In this document: positions 25,632 through 35,003 of the stretch, one piece after another | Layout: every line of letters starts with the position of its first letter | How positions within the stretch are numbered: position 1 is the stretch's first letter | Assembly (NCBI GenBank): GCA_020073185.1 | Contig: JAIQFT010000011.1 | Span: forward strand, 11,765-75,764 | Direction: 5' to 3' | DNA from: Terriglobia bacterium | Lineage (GTDB): Bacteria > Acidobacteriota > Terriglobia > Terriglobales > Acidobacteriaceae | DNA: 64,000 bases | Notes under the pieces: generated by a model | Told to the model about the DNA's origin: nothing | Databases searched by the model: none | What the model saw: only the letters and a program-made list of their open reading frames with translations | Translations under genes and position numbers: made by a program

Positions 25632-27704
25632 ATGCCAATCACCGATTCCATCACCGGCAAGCTCGTGCGCGACGACTCCATCGAACAACTCAAGGAAGCC
25701 GCCAACCTTTTGCGCGGCTACGATCTGGTCGCGCTCTGCGCCGCTGCCAGCGGCCATGCCGGCGGGACGCTCTCCATCATGGACATCGCCGCCGCCCTCT
25801 ACTTCAAGGTGCTCCAGCACGACCCCAAGAATGCCAACTGGAAAGATCGCGACCGCGTCATCTGGTCCACCGGCCACAAGGCGCCCTGTCTCTACCTCGC
25901 GCTCGGCATGTCCGGCTACTTCAACCTGGACGAGGTGGTCACCTTGCGCAAGCTCTACTCTCCCTTCCAGGGTCACCCGCATTGGCTGAAGCTGCCCGGC
26001 GTCGAAGCCTCCACCGGTTCGTTGGGACAAGGTCTGAGCATCGCCGTCGGCCTGGCGCTGGCCGGCCGCCTCAACCAGAAGAGCTACACCACCTTCTGCA
26101 TCATGGGTGACGGCGAGCAGCAGGAAGGCCAGGTCTGGGAAGCCGCCATGGAAGCCGGCCACTACCACCTCGATAACCTGGTCGGCATTATCGACTACAA
26201 CCGCCTGCAGATTGACGGCCGCGTACGCGAGGTCATGAACATCGACCCCATCGACGACAAGTACCGCAGTTTCGGCTGGGATGTGCTGCGCATCAACGGC
26301 CACGACATGGACCAGGTAGTGCTGGCGCTGCAGCAGGGCAAAGAGCGTGCCGGCACGGGCAAGCCGCTGGCCATCATCGCCGAAACCATCAAGGGCAAGG
26401 GTGTCAGCTTCTGCGAAGACGTTGCCGGCTGGCACGGCAAGGCTCCCAACCTCGAGGAAACCAAGAAAGCTCTCGCCGAACTCGGCCTCATGGAAAAAAT
26501 TCCCCTCGACGCGCTGCTCGCCAAGGCCAAGGCGTACCAGGCAACCGTGGAATCCAAGCTGTTCGAAAAGATGCCGCGCTTCAAGCGCGACTACTGGTGG
26601 AACAACTCAGTGGACATGCAAGCCAAGATGAGGCCCACGCGCATGGGCTTCGGTGAATCTCTCGCCGTCAACGGCGCCGACGAGCGCGTCGTCGCTCTCG
26701 GTCTCGATATCTCTGGCTCCATCACCATCAGCGAGTTCTACAATGGCAAGCCCGAGCGCAAGCCGCGCTGGCTGAGCATGGGCATTGCCGAGCAGTCCGC
26801 CACCGCGGTCGCTGCCGGGCTGGCGCGGGAAGGGAAGCTGCCAGTGTTCGGCACCTACGCCACCTTTGCCGCCGCCCGCAACCTGGACCAGATACGCACC
26901 ACCATTTGCTATGGCAACTTCAACGTGCTGATCGCCGGAGCGCACGGCGGAGTTTCCGTGGGTCCCGACGGCGCGACCCACCAGGCGCTGGAAGACCTGT
27001 TCTCGATCTGCGGCCTGCCCAACATGGTTGCGGTGGTGCCCTGCGATGCGGTTGAAACGCGCAAGGCCACCGACTACCTACTGATGCAGCACGTCGGTCC
27101 CAAGTACATCCGTTTCGCCCGCGAGGCCACGCCCATCGTCACCAAGCGCGACACGCCGTTCGTTTTCGGCAAAGCCAATGTGATCCGCTTCCGCCGCGAG
27201 TCGCAGGACTTCATCGAGGCCTTCGACACCGTGCTGGCCTCGCACTACCTCGACGAAGACGAAGACCTCTCCATCATCGCCTGCGGTCCCATGGTGCCCG
27301 AGGCCATGCGCGCCGCCTACATCCTCAAGCAGGACTTCGGCTACGAAACCCGCGTCGTCAACCTGCACACCATGAAGCCGGTGGATGAGGCCGCGATCAT
27401 CCGCGCCGCCAAGGAGACCGGTATCGTGATCACCGCCGAGGAGCACCAGATCGGCGCCCTGGCCTGGCGCGTCAGCAATGTCATCACCGCCAGCCCCGAA
27501 CTCTACGGCAAACCCGTCATCACCGGCGCTATCGGCGTGCAGGACCGCTTCGGCGACTCTGGCGCGCCCTGGGAATTGATCAAGGAATTCGAAGTTTCCG
27601 CCGAGCACATCGCCCACAAGGCATTGGAGCTGATGAAGCTCAAGCTGCGCCATAAGATTACGATGCGGATTGAACTCGCCGAACTCGCCGGCCACCGCAA
27701 CTGA
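25632..27704 (+). CDS. tkt: Transketolase (fused N- and C-terminal halves)
   Basis: SGHAGGTLS, GSLGQGLSIAVGLA and MGDGEQQEG (TPP binding) in the N-terminal half. The pyrimidine-binding and C-terminal domains follow. Confidence 0.9.
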   Translation: MPITDSITGKLVRDDSIEQLKEAANLLRGYDLVALCAAASGHAGGTLSIMDIAAALYFKVLQHDPKNANWKDRDRVIWSTGHKAPCLYLALGMSGYFNLDEVVTLRKLYSPFQGHPHWLKLPGVEASTGSLGQGLSIAVGLALAGRLNQKSYTTFCIMGDGEQQEGQVWEAAMEAGHYHLDNLVGIIDYNRLQIDGRVREVMNIDPIDDKYRSFGWDVLRINGHDMDQVVLALQQGKERAGTGKPLAIIAETIKGKGVSFCEDVAGWHGKAPNLEETKKALAELGLMEKIPLDALLAKAKAYQATVESKLFEKMPRFKRDYWWNNSVDMQAKMRPTRMGFGESLAVNGADERVVALGLDISGSITISEFYNGKPERKPRWLSMGIAEQSATAVAAGLAREGKLPVFGTYATFAAARNLDQIRTTICYGNFNVLIAGAHGGVSVGPDGATHQALEDLFSICGLPNMVAVVPCDAVETRKATDYLLMQHVGPKYIRFAREATPIVTKRDTPFVFGKANVIRFRRESQDFIEAFDTVLASHYLDEDEDLSIIACGPMVPEAMRAAYILKQDFGYETRVVNLHTMKPVDEAAIIRAAKETGIVITAEEHQIGALAWRVSNVITASPELYGKPVITGAIGVQDRFGDSGAPWELIKEFEVSAEHIAHKALELMKLKLRHKITMRIELAELAGHRN

Positions 27705-27809
27705 GGAAGAATGCTGGAGCGCGCTCGCTATACACGGAACTTGAGACGCGGCGGCCGCTCCGGCCGCCGCTCGCATCACTCGATCTGCACGCCAACTCCC
27801 AACTCCTAA

Positions 27810-29681
27810 CTACTGCCTTTTCAGCACCAGCGTCGACCCCGGTTGCGCGAACGCCACTTCCGTCACCTTGCCGCCTTCCATCTTGAAGGTCAGCGTCGTG
27901 CCGCTCAGTTTCTTTGCCGCGAACGTCGTGCCGCGCACCGGCTCCAGCTCGTACATCGTGCCGTTTGGCGTGGTAAAGGTCAGCACGTTGTCTGGCCGCA
28001 GCGTAATCAGGAACTTGAAGTCGCTCAGCGTGTACGTACCCGCCAGCGGCTCCAGGAATGGCCTCTCCTTCATGCGCCGGTCCGGTAGCCGCGTGAACAC
28101 GATGTCCTTCACGTCCGGCTGCAGCGGCGACGACACGCTGGCGATGTTTCCGTCCCAATCACTGTTGAACATCAGTTGCGTCCGTTCCAGCCGGTCGAGC
28201 GCGTTCTTGGGCACGCGCCACACGTCGTAATGCCAGTGCTTGGCCACCGACGTGAACCCATGCCAGCTCATCTTCAGGTCGTCGCCATTGCCGCTGCGCT
28301 CGATCGCAACCACGCCGTAGGCCGGGTGCTGGTACTCTCCCACGTAATCCTCGATCGGATGCGAATGCTTCGTCCCCTCCACCCGCGGAACGTAGTTCTT
28401 CTTCTCAGCTTCCTCTTCCGACGCCTTGCCCGCCTTATAGCGCGCGAATAGGCGATGGTTCCAGTCCACCGGATCCATGCCCAGCATCCGGTCATAGATG
28501 TTGTAGGTGAGCACTTCGCGCAACTGGGTCGCGTCCATGTTGGTGAGTACGATGGACCCGGCGTTGTCATCCGGCAGGAACGACAGCAGCAGCGAGAACC
28601 CGTCCAGGTTACCGCCGTGATGCACAAACTTGTGCCCTCGATACGTCGTCACGAACAGCCCCATGCCGTAGTTCAGGTAACCCAACTCCTTGTCCACGCC
28701 GGACGTCGCGATCACCATCTGCGGTGTGGTCATCTGGCGGATGTCAGGCTGCGAGATGATCTGCGTGTCTCCGTGTTTGCCCTTGTTGAGGTACAGCAAC
28801 AGGTACTGCGTCATGTCTTCGAGGTTGGAATTGATGCTGCCCGCCGGCCCCACATCATCGGCCTTCAAGATCGGAATTTCGTGCACCACCTCCTTGTCGT
28901 CCTTCTGGTAGGCGTGCGCGTAATCGGGCGATTTCTTCGAATCGTCCACGCTGAAGTTCGAGCTCGTCATTCCCAGCGGTCGGAAAATGCGCTGCCGCAC
29001 CGCATCTTCCCACGACGTCCCGTTCAGCTTGCCTCCCATGTACCCCGCCGTCAGGAACATCAGGTTGTTGTACTGGAACTGCTGCCGCAGGTCCTTGCTC
29101 TTCTCCAGGTAGCGCAGCATATAGATCAGCTCGGGCCGCGTGCGTTCGATGTGGTACCAGGAGGCGTCGTGACGCGGCATGCCGGTGCGGTGCGTTACCA
29201 AATCGCGCGGCGTTACCCGCGCCGTCAGCACGTCGTCCTCGAGCCGGAACTCGGGCAGATAATCGCGCACCGGCTTGTCCCAGTCCAGCTTGCCCTCGGT
29301 GGAAAGCGAAGCCAGCGTCGCCACCGTGAACGACTTCGTGATGGAAGCAATCGGGAACATGGACTTGGTCGTCAGCGGCAGCTTGTTCTCCACGTCGCGC
29401 CAGCCATAGGCCTTGCTGAGGATGACTTTGCCGTCCTTGACGATCGCGATCGCCACCCCCGGTACTTGCCAGTCTTTCATTGCCTGCTGCACGAAAGTGT
29501 CGAAGTCCCCCAATCCAGGCGTGGCCGTGGCTATCGCGCCCGGTTTCGGCGTCTGCGCCGCCGTCTTTCCCGGCTGCGCTTTCTGTTGACGCCCCTGCTG
29601 CGGCGTCGGCCCCTGCTGCCCCAATGACGTAGTGACTAGAATGACCCCGAATACGAACACACTTATGCTGCGCCTGCGCAT
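27810..29681 (-). CDS. Secreted serine hydrolase, beta-lactamase (class C/PBP4*) family with C-terminal extension
   Basis: Signal peptide, SxxK motif (ASITKSF) and YxN-like segment. The ~200-aa C-terminal lipocalin-like tail is not assigned. Confidence 0.9.
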   Translation of the reverse strand: MRRRSISVFVFGVILVTTSLGQQGPTPQQGRQQKAQPGKTAAQTPKPGAIATATPGLGDFDTFVQQAMKDWQVPGVAIAIVKDGKVILSKAYGWRDVENKLPLTTKSMFPIASITKSFTVATLASLSTEGKLDWDKPVRDYLPEFRLEDDVLTARVTPRDLVTHRTGMPRHDASWYHIERTRPELIYMLRYLEKSKDLRQQFQYNNLMFLTAGYMGGKLNGTSWEDAVRQRIFRPLGMTSSNFSVDDSKKSPDYAHAYQKDDKEVVHEIPILKADDVGPAGSINSNLEDMTQYLLLYLNKGKHGDTQIISQPDIRQMTTPQMVIATSGVDKELGYLNYGMGLFVTTYRGHKFVHHGGNLDGFSLLLSFLPDDNAGSIVLTNMDATQLREVLTYNIYDRMLGMDPVDWNHRLFARYKAGKASEEEAEKKNYVPRVEGTKHSHPIEDYVGEYQHPAYGVVAIERSGNGDDLKMSWHGFTSVAKHWHYDVWRVPKNALDRLERTQLMFNSDWDGNIASVSSPLQPDVKDIVFTRLPDRRMKERPFLEPLAGTYTLSDFKFLITLRPDNVLTFTTPNGTMYELEPVRGTTFAAKKLSGTTLTFKMEGGKVTEVAFAQPGSTLVLKRQ

Positions 29682-29744
29682 GTGCCCTCCGAAGGTAAGA
29701 TTTTGCTTTGAACCAAGCGCAGAATTATAGCTGGGGTGCAGCTC

Positions 29745-30005
29745 AGATCGCCCGATCGCTAGAGCAGTTTCAAAAATGGTGCAGTCTTCTGTGATTGGCC
29801 GTCTCGCAGGGACGCGGCTTTGGCCGCACCGAACGAAATTCTGACTTACCGTGGAAAGGCGCGGCTCTAGAGCAGTTTAAGAATTGCTGTAGCCGCCGAC
29901 GAACTGTTCTTTGAAGGAGTTCGTCTGGCCTACCGTGGAAGGGCACGGCTTCAGCCGTGCTGGCAGGGCACCAAGCAAATTGGGCTTTAGCCCCTGAGGC
30001 GACCT
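29745..30005. repeat. Cluster of dispersed intergenic repeats (AGAGCAGTT... / ACCGTGGAAGG-GCACGGCTTCAGCCGTGC type)
   Basis: Two to three tandem partial copies. Hairpin GCACGGC-ttca-GCCGTGC at 29943-29960. Related copies occur at 36.2, 37.9, 45.8, 52.5 and 62.2 kb. Confidence 0.75.
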
Positions 30006-30007
30006 GC

Positions 30008-31720
30008 TTAGCTAGCCATGCTCTGCTCGTGGAGAAATCGCTCGCGCGTATCGTGTCGGGAAATCTTGCCCGCTGTACTCTTTACAATCCACCGTTCCGG
30101 CACCACCGACACCCAACGTGGCGCGATTCCAATCGCCGCCAACACCAGGCTCCGGATTTCTTGCTCCAGGCTGCGCGCGCGGGCGGGTTCGTATTCACCC
30201 CTCATTTCGGCCACCACCGCGACCATTTCCGTCCCATACTCCTCATGCGCTACCCCAAACGCAACCACGCGCCCGGTATAAATACCCTCCAGGGAGTTGA
30301 CGACAGTTTCGATATCCTCCGGAAACACGTTTTGCCCGGCATTGATGATGATGTCTTTTGTTCTGCCGATCACGTACAGCTCATCCTCCAACATAAAACC
30401 GTAATCGCCGGTTTGATAGAAACCGTCCTTGCCGATGTAACTGTCATCCGCTTTCCCGTTCGACCAGTATCCGGAGAATAAAGAGGGGGTCTTGATATGA
30501 ATCTCGCCTGCCGTGCCGTCGGGACAAGGCTCTCCGGAAGCGGCGACAATTCTGATTTGCATATCGGGCAGCGCCACACCCGACGAAACGTACACGCGGT
30601 CGAGCACGTGGAAGGCGAGATCGGAGTACGATGAACCTCGGTCGCTTACTTCCTGCCGCGGTACCGTCCTGACCCGCCGGCCAACTGGTGACTGGGTTAC
30701 GGCAAACACATTCTCCGCCATGGCATAGCACGCCTGCAAAGACTCTCTCTGCACACCCCAGTCTGCAAATTTCCCCGCGAAGGCGTCCAGCGACGCCAGC
30801 CGCACCGGCTCGGAGCAGTTGATCCACCCTCGCACATGCTGCAGCGAGTAGCGTCCGCTCATCGTTGCTCTTCTCTCTGCCAGATAGGAAAAGGCGAAAT
30901 TGGGAAGCCAACAGAATGTCCCCGCATACCGGTCCATATATCGAAACAGCAGCTCGGGAGCCAGCAGCCAGTCGTTGTTGGCGAGCTGCAGTGACGGCGC
31001 CCCGCACCAAAGCGGTAGCCATAGGCATGCAATCAGGCCCATATCGTGGTACAGCGGAAGCCAGGAGACGACGCCGTCATGGTCGGAAAAATCCAGCATC
31101 CTCGCCAACCTGCTGAGCTGTTCCTGGAGCATTCGCGGGCCCACTGCCACCGCCTTCTGCAGTCCGGTTGTGCCGCCGGAAAACTGGACAAACAATGCGT
31201 CTGCGGGAGCCGACAGAGCACCTGTTGCAGGCAAGGCCGGGCTCAGCTGCAGCCGCGGCTGCGAAGTACAAAACATTCGATCGTGATCGGCCGCGTGGGG
31301 AACGTCGCATCCCGTGACACGATAAGTCATGTCACCGCGTAAGTTGTCCGCCAACCCTGGGGTTGTGATCAACTGCGACGCCGGGAGTTGCCGCAACTGG
31401 TAGACCAGATTGCGCCGGTATTTCTCTGCGTCGATCCGCCGTGTTGGCCAGGGCAAAATCGCTGGACAGTACCCCTCAAGGATCAGACCCAAATGTAACA
31501 AGAACAGTTCTACCGAGTGCGGAAGCAGAAGCAGTACGAGGTTGTTTGCTTGCACCTGTGCGGATCGGCTGGCGATGCTCCTGCTGGCCGCCAAAATCTC
31601 TCTCCCACTAAGCTCGAAGGGATGATCAAAAGCGGGAGCTGTGACTATCCTTAGCAAGATTCGTTCGCCGGCAGCTTCGAGTTTGCTCTGCAGCTCTCGA
31701 CGAAAGTCTGACAAATCCAT
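30008..31720 (-). CDS. Fatty acyl-AMP ligase-like adenylating enzyme (ANL superfamily)
   Basis: FSGGTTGLQK (A3), LPLYHDMGL (FAAL-typical), YQTGDYG (A8) and GRTKDIIINAGQN. No carrier protein gene is adjacent. Confidence 0.85.
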   Translation of the reverse strand: MDLSDFRRELQSKLEAAGERILLRIVTAPAFDHPFELSGREILAASRSIASRSAQVQANNLVLLLLPHSVELFLLHLGLILEGYCPAILPWPTRRIDAEKYRRNLVYQLRQLPASQLITTPGLADNLRGDMTYRVTGCDVPHAADHDRMFCTSQPRLQLSPALPATGALSAPADALFVQFSGGTTGLQKAVAVGPRMLQEQLSRLARMLDFSDHDGVVSWLPLYHDMGLIACLWLPLWCGAPSLQLANNDWLLAPELLFRYMDRYAGTFCWLPNFAFSYLAERRATMSGRYSLQHVRGWINCSEPVRLASLDAFAGKFADWGVQRESLQACYAMAENVFAVTQSPVGRRVRTVPRQEVSDRGSSYSDLAFHVLDRVYVSSGVALPDMQIRIVAASGEPCPDGTAGEIHIKTPSLFSGYWSNGKADDSYIGKDGFYQTGDYGFMLEDELYVIGRTKDIIINAGQNVFPEDIETVVNSLEGIYTGRVVAFGVAHEEYGTEMVAVVAEMRGEYEPARARSLEQEIRSLVLAAIGIAPRWVSVVPERWIVKSTAGKISRHDTRERFLHEQSMAS

Positions 31721-32013
31721 AAAGCGCTCGGGGCCTGCGTGGGGCGTACTTGTAAGGGTCAGTGAACTGATGAAAAGCGCTGGGCGGGCGCTGCAGAAAA
31801 TGCGGGCTTCGCCAGCAGCGTATCGTCGTTGTTCTGGCCGGCCGCAACCCCAGCCACAAAACGGAAAACGGGGACCTGGCCGCTAATTTCGCTGGATTTG
31901 TGCCGCGCGGCGGTGACCAATTCGGGAAGCCGTTCCTTCTCCCGTGCAAGAAAATATGCGCCGTAATCACGCCGCGGGTAGAGCATGGTGTGCGGAAGCT
32001 GCGGGAGGTAATC

Positions 32014-32520
32014 ATGCCCTGCCCAAAACTGAAGGATTTCCTCGATCGCAACGAAATCAAGTACGAACTCATCCACCACCCGACTACCTACACGGCGCAG
32101 CTCACGGCGGCGTCCTCACACGTGACCGCGGACGAACTGGCGAAGGTCGTCATGGTCAGCCGCGACGGCAAGCTGGCCATGGCGGTGGTGCCGGCCTCGC
32201 AGCGGGTGGACATCACCGCGCTGCACACCGCCAGCGGGGCGGTCTCATTGCGCCTGGCCAGCGAATTGGAGTTCAAACAGCAGTTCCCGGACTGCGATGC
32301 CGGCGCCATGCCACCCTTTGGCAACCTGTACGGCATGGACGTGTTCGTGGACGAGGGACTGGTGAAGCAGGCGCGGATCGCCTTCAACGCCGGCTCGCAT
32401 GACGAGGTGATGCGCCTGGCATACCAAGACTTTGTGCGCCTGGTGCAGCCCAAGGTGCTGCGCTTTGCGAGCACGGCGGAGCGGCCGCCGCGCCTCCGGC
32501 TCGACGACCGCATCTGGTGA
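32014..32520 (+). CDS. YbaK/ProX/EbsC-type aminoacyl-tRNA deacylase-domain protein
   Basis: GGGAGG SD, then ATG at 32014. Family-like LAKVVMV..DGKLAMAVVPA and GAMPPFGNLYG segments. Confidence 0.8.
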   Translation: MPCPKLKDFLDRNEIKYELIHHPTTYTAQLTAASSHVTADELAKVVMVSRDGKLAMAVVPASQRVDITALHTASGAVSLRLASELEFKQQFPDCDAGAMPPFGNLYGMDVFVDEGLVKQARIAFNAGSHDEVMRLAYQDFVRLVQPKVLRFASTAERPPRLRLDDRIW

Positions 32521-32617
32521 CCGCGGCCACAATTCGCAGTACACTCTGCGCCCTGGAGAGGTACAACTGTCTCTGAGCCCGGTTACGCATTTTTGCCTGG
32601 CTGGGTGCTAATCGCTT

Positions 32618-32962
32618 CTAGAACCCCATTGCGGTGCCGATTTCCTCCTCTATCGCCTGCGCGTCCTCGTCAGAAATCTCCACGAACTCCACCCCGATTC
32701 CGACCCCAGGCAGGCAATAGCGGACCTCGCCGCGCGCTTTCACGGTGTGGCCGGAGCGGCTCAAACGGAATTCGACCTTGAGCACCGCGCCCTCGGGAAA
32801 GTAGGTCGGAATGTGAATGAACATGCCCCGCGAGCTGATATCGGGGGCGCGGATTTCCATCTGCTCGCTCCGCCCCTCGTACATGATGTTCAGGCCGCGA
32901 TAGGTGGCGTAGCGCTCGAACTCGCGCGTGGGGACGCCATGCTGTTGCCCGTCGGAACTCAT
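32618..32962 (-). CDS. PilZ-domain protein, translationally coupled to the upstream GspE/PilB-like ATPase
   Basis: REFER (RxxxR) and DISSRG (DxSxxG) motifs. The ATG overlaps the ATPase stop (ATGA at 32962-32959). Confidence 0.75.
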   Translation of the reverse strand: MSSDGQQHGVPTREFERYATYRGLNIMYEGRSEQMEIRAPDISSRGMFIHIPTYFPEGAVLKVEFRLSRSGHTVKARGEVRYCLPGVGIGVEFVEISDEDAQAIEEEIGTAMGF

Positions 32963-34914
32963 GCCAGGACTCCTTCCGCGCGTTTGCGCGCGATGGGAGC
33001 GGCGGCTTGGCGCGTGCCGGCGCCGCAATAGGGACAGAACAAGAACGCCGGGGCGAGCGCGCGTCCGCAACTGCGGCAGCGCACGGTCAACGCGTTGTCG
33101 AACGGCACAACGCGCAGCACCTCTTCCATGGTGGTGATGCCCAGCTTCACCTTTTCCAGCGCATCTTCTTGCATGAGGCGCATGCCGCCGCTGCGCGCCA
33201 GGTTGCGAATCTCCTCATCGCGCGCTCCGGAGCGGATGGCGGAGCGGATCTGCTCGTCCAGCAGCAACAGTTCGTAGATGCCGACCCGGCCCTTGTAGCC
33301 GGAGTTGTCGCACTCGGCGCACCCCACCGGAACGTAGGCGTTGCTCCCGAAATCCACGATGCCGGCGGCCAGCAGGCGCGCGCCATATTCTTCCGGCATC
33401 GGCGCCATGTCGCGGCAGCCGCACAGCTTGCGCACCAGGCGCTGCGCTACCACCGCGGTGACCGAGGCGGCGATCATGAACGAGGGCACGTTGAGGTCGA
33501 GCAGGCGGGTGATGGCCGCAATGCTGTCGTTGGTGTGCAGCGTGGACAGCACCAGGTGGCCGGTTTGGGCGGCCTGCAACGCGATCTCGGCCGTTTCCTG
33601 GTCGCGAATCTCGCCCACCATGATGATGTTGGGGTCCTGCCGCAGCATGGAGCGGAGGCAGCCGGCAAAGGTCAGCCCGGCCTTGGGATTTACCTGCACT
33701 TGGTTGATGTCTTCAACGCGGTACTCGATCGGATCCTCGACCGTGATGATGTTGACCGAAGGCGAGCGCAGCACGTTGAGCGCGGCATAAAGCGTCGTGC
33801 TCTTGCCCGAGCCCGTCGGGCCGGTGACCAGCAGCATACCTTGCGGCGACGACAGGACCTGGCTTAGGGCAGCGGCGTTGTCGGGGGACAGACCCAGCTT
33901 TTCGAAGCCCACCCGGCTGGCGCCGGGATCGAGCAACCGCATCACTACCTTTTCGCCGGAGTGCGTCGGCAGCGTGGAAACGCGCAGGTCGAGATGGCTG
34001 TCGCCGATCTGCACCAGGAAGCGCCCGTCCTGCGGCACGCGGCGCTCGGAGATGTCCATGTCGGAGAGGATCTTGATGCGCGACACCAGAAAGGAGGTGA
34101 ACTCCAGCGGAACGTGGGTCAGTTCGCGCAGCACGCCGTCCACGCGGATGCGGACCACCGTGCCCAACGGCTGCGGCTCGATGTGGATGTCGCTCGCCTT
34201 CTTGGTCGCCGCTGCCGATAGAATCGCCGACACCAGCCGCACTGCGGGGGTTTTTTCATTGCGCAGCTCGGCCTCGAATTCCGCCATCGCCGCCTTGCTG
34301 CGCTCGCTGGAACTGGCGGTGAAGAACTGCATGTTGGAAGTGTCAACCTGGTCAATGAACGGGACCGGCGGGCTGGGCGCTGACCCTTCCGTGCCCGGCT
34401 CGAGCTCGGCGTAACAGCGCTTGATGGCTTCTTCGATCTCCGCGCGGAACCCGAGCCGCGGCTCCACCTCGATGCCGGTGATAAATCGCAGATCGTCGAG
34501 GCTTTTCAGGTTTTGCGGCTCGGCCATCACCGCCACCATGCGGCGGCCCTCGCGCACCAGCGGCAGCACCACATAGCGCTCCGCTACCGCTTGCGGAACC
34601 AGTCTGAGGACCGCCTTCTCCACCGTAGCGAAGCGCGCGTCCACGTAACGGAAGCGTGTGACCTCCTCCAGAGCGGAGACGAGGTCCTCCTTGCCCACGA
34701 AGCCACGTTGGAACAGGAGTTCCCCCAACAGCGCCGAACCGTCTGCCTGCTGCTCCCCGAGAACCTGATCCAGGTCTTCCGCTTTCACGCGCTTGCGCTC
34801 GCGGAGCACCTCGCCTAGCCTTTTTCTTCTGCGTCCGGGTACGGTCACCCATTCATTATGTTCCGCGGAGCTGTTCCTGAATCTCAGGAAACACCGCCCT
34901 GGCATTCGTCTCAT
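32959..34914 (-). CDS. GspE/PilB-family secretion ATPase with MshEN-like N-domain and extra C-terminal zinc ribbon
   Basis: Walker A GPTGSGKST, Asp/His boxes and the internal tetracysteine region. N-terminal RLGEVL...LGEQ plus LLGELLFQRGFV...L motif pair. C-terminal CRSCG...CPYCG. The exact start is uncertain. Confidence 0.9.
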   Translation of the reverse strand: MRRMPGRCFLRFRNSSAEHNEWVTVPGRRRKRLGEVLRERKRVKAEDLDQVLGEQQADGSALLGELLFQRGFVGKEDLVSALEEVTRFRYVDARFATVEKAVLRLVPQAVAERYVVLPLVREGRRMVAVMAEPQNLKSLDDLRFITGIEVEPRLGFRAEIEEAIKRCYAELEPGTEGSAPSPPVPFIDQVDTSNMQFFTASSSERSKAAMAEFEAELRNEKTPAVRLVSAILSAAATKKASDIHIEPQPLGTVVRIRVDGVLRELTHVPLEFTSFLVSRIKILSDMDISERRVPQDGRFLVQIGDSHLDLRVSTLPTHSGEKVVMRLLDPGASRVGFEKLGLSPDNAAALSQVLSSPQGMLLVTGPTGSGKSTTLYAALNVLRSPSVNIITVEDPIEYRVEDINQVQVNPKAGLTFAGCLRSMLRQDPNIIMVGEIRDQETAEIALQAAQTGHLVLSTLHTNDSIAAITRLLDLNVPSFMIAASVTAVVAQRLVRKLCGCRDMAPMPEEYGARLLAAGIVDFGSNAYVPVGCAECDNSGYKGRVGIYELLLLDEQIRSAIRSGARDEEIRNLARSGGMRLMQEDALEKVKLGITTMEEVLRVVPFDNALTVRCRSCGRALAPAFLFCPYCGAGTRQAAAPIARKRAEGVLA

Positions 34915-35003
34915 CCCAGTCCGGAACAGTTGCTCAATTTGGAACTGCTTTTGCCACTTTGGTGGGAGGCGGCGGGCTGGCTGGCTAGCTAGCTAGTGCC
35001 TTC

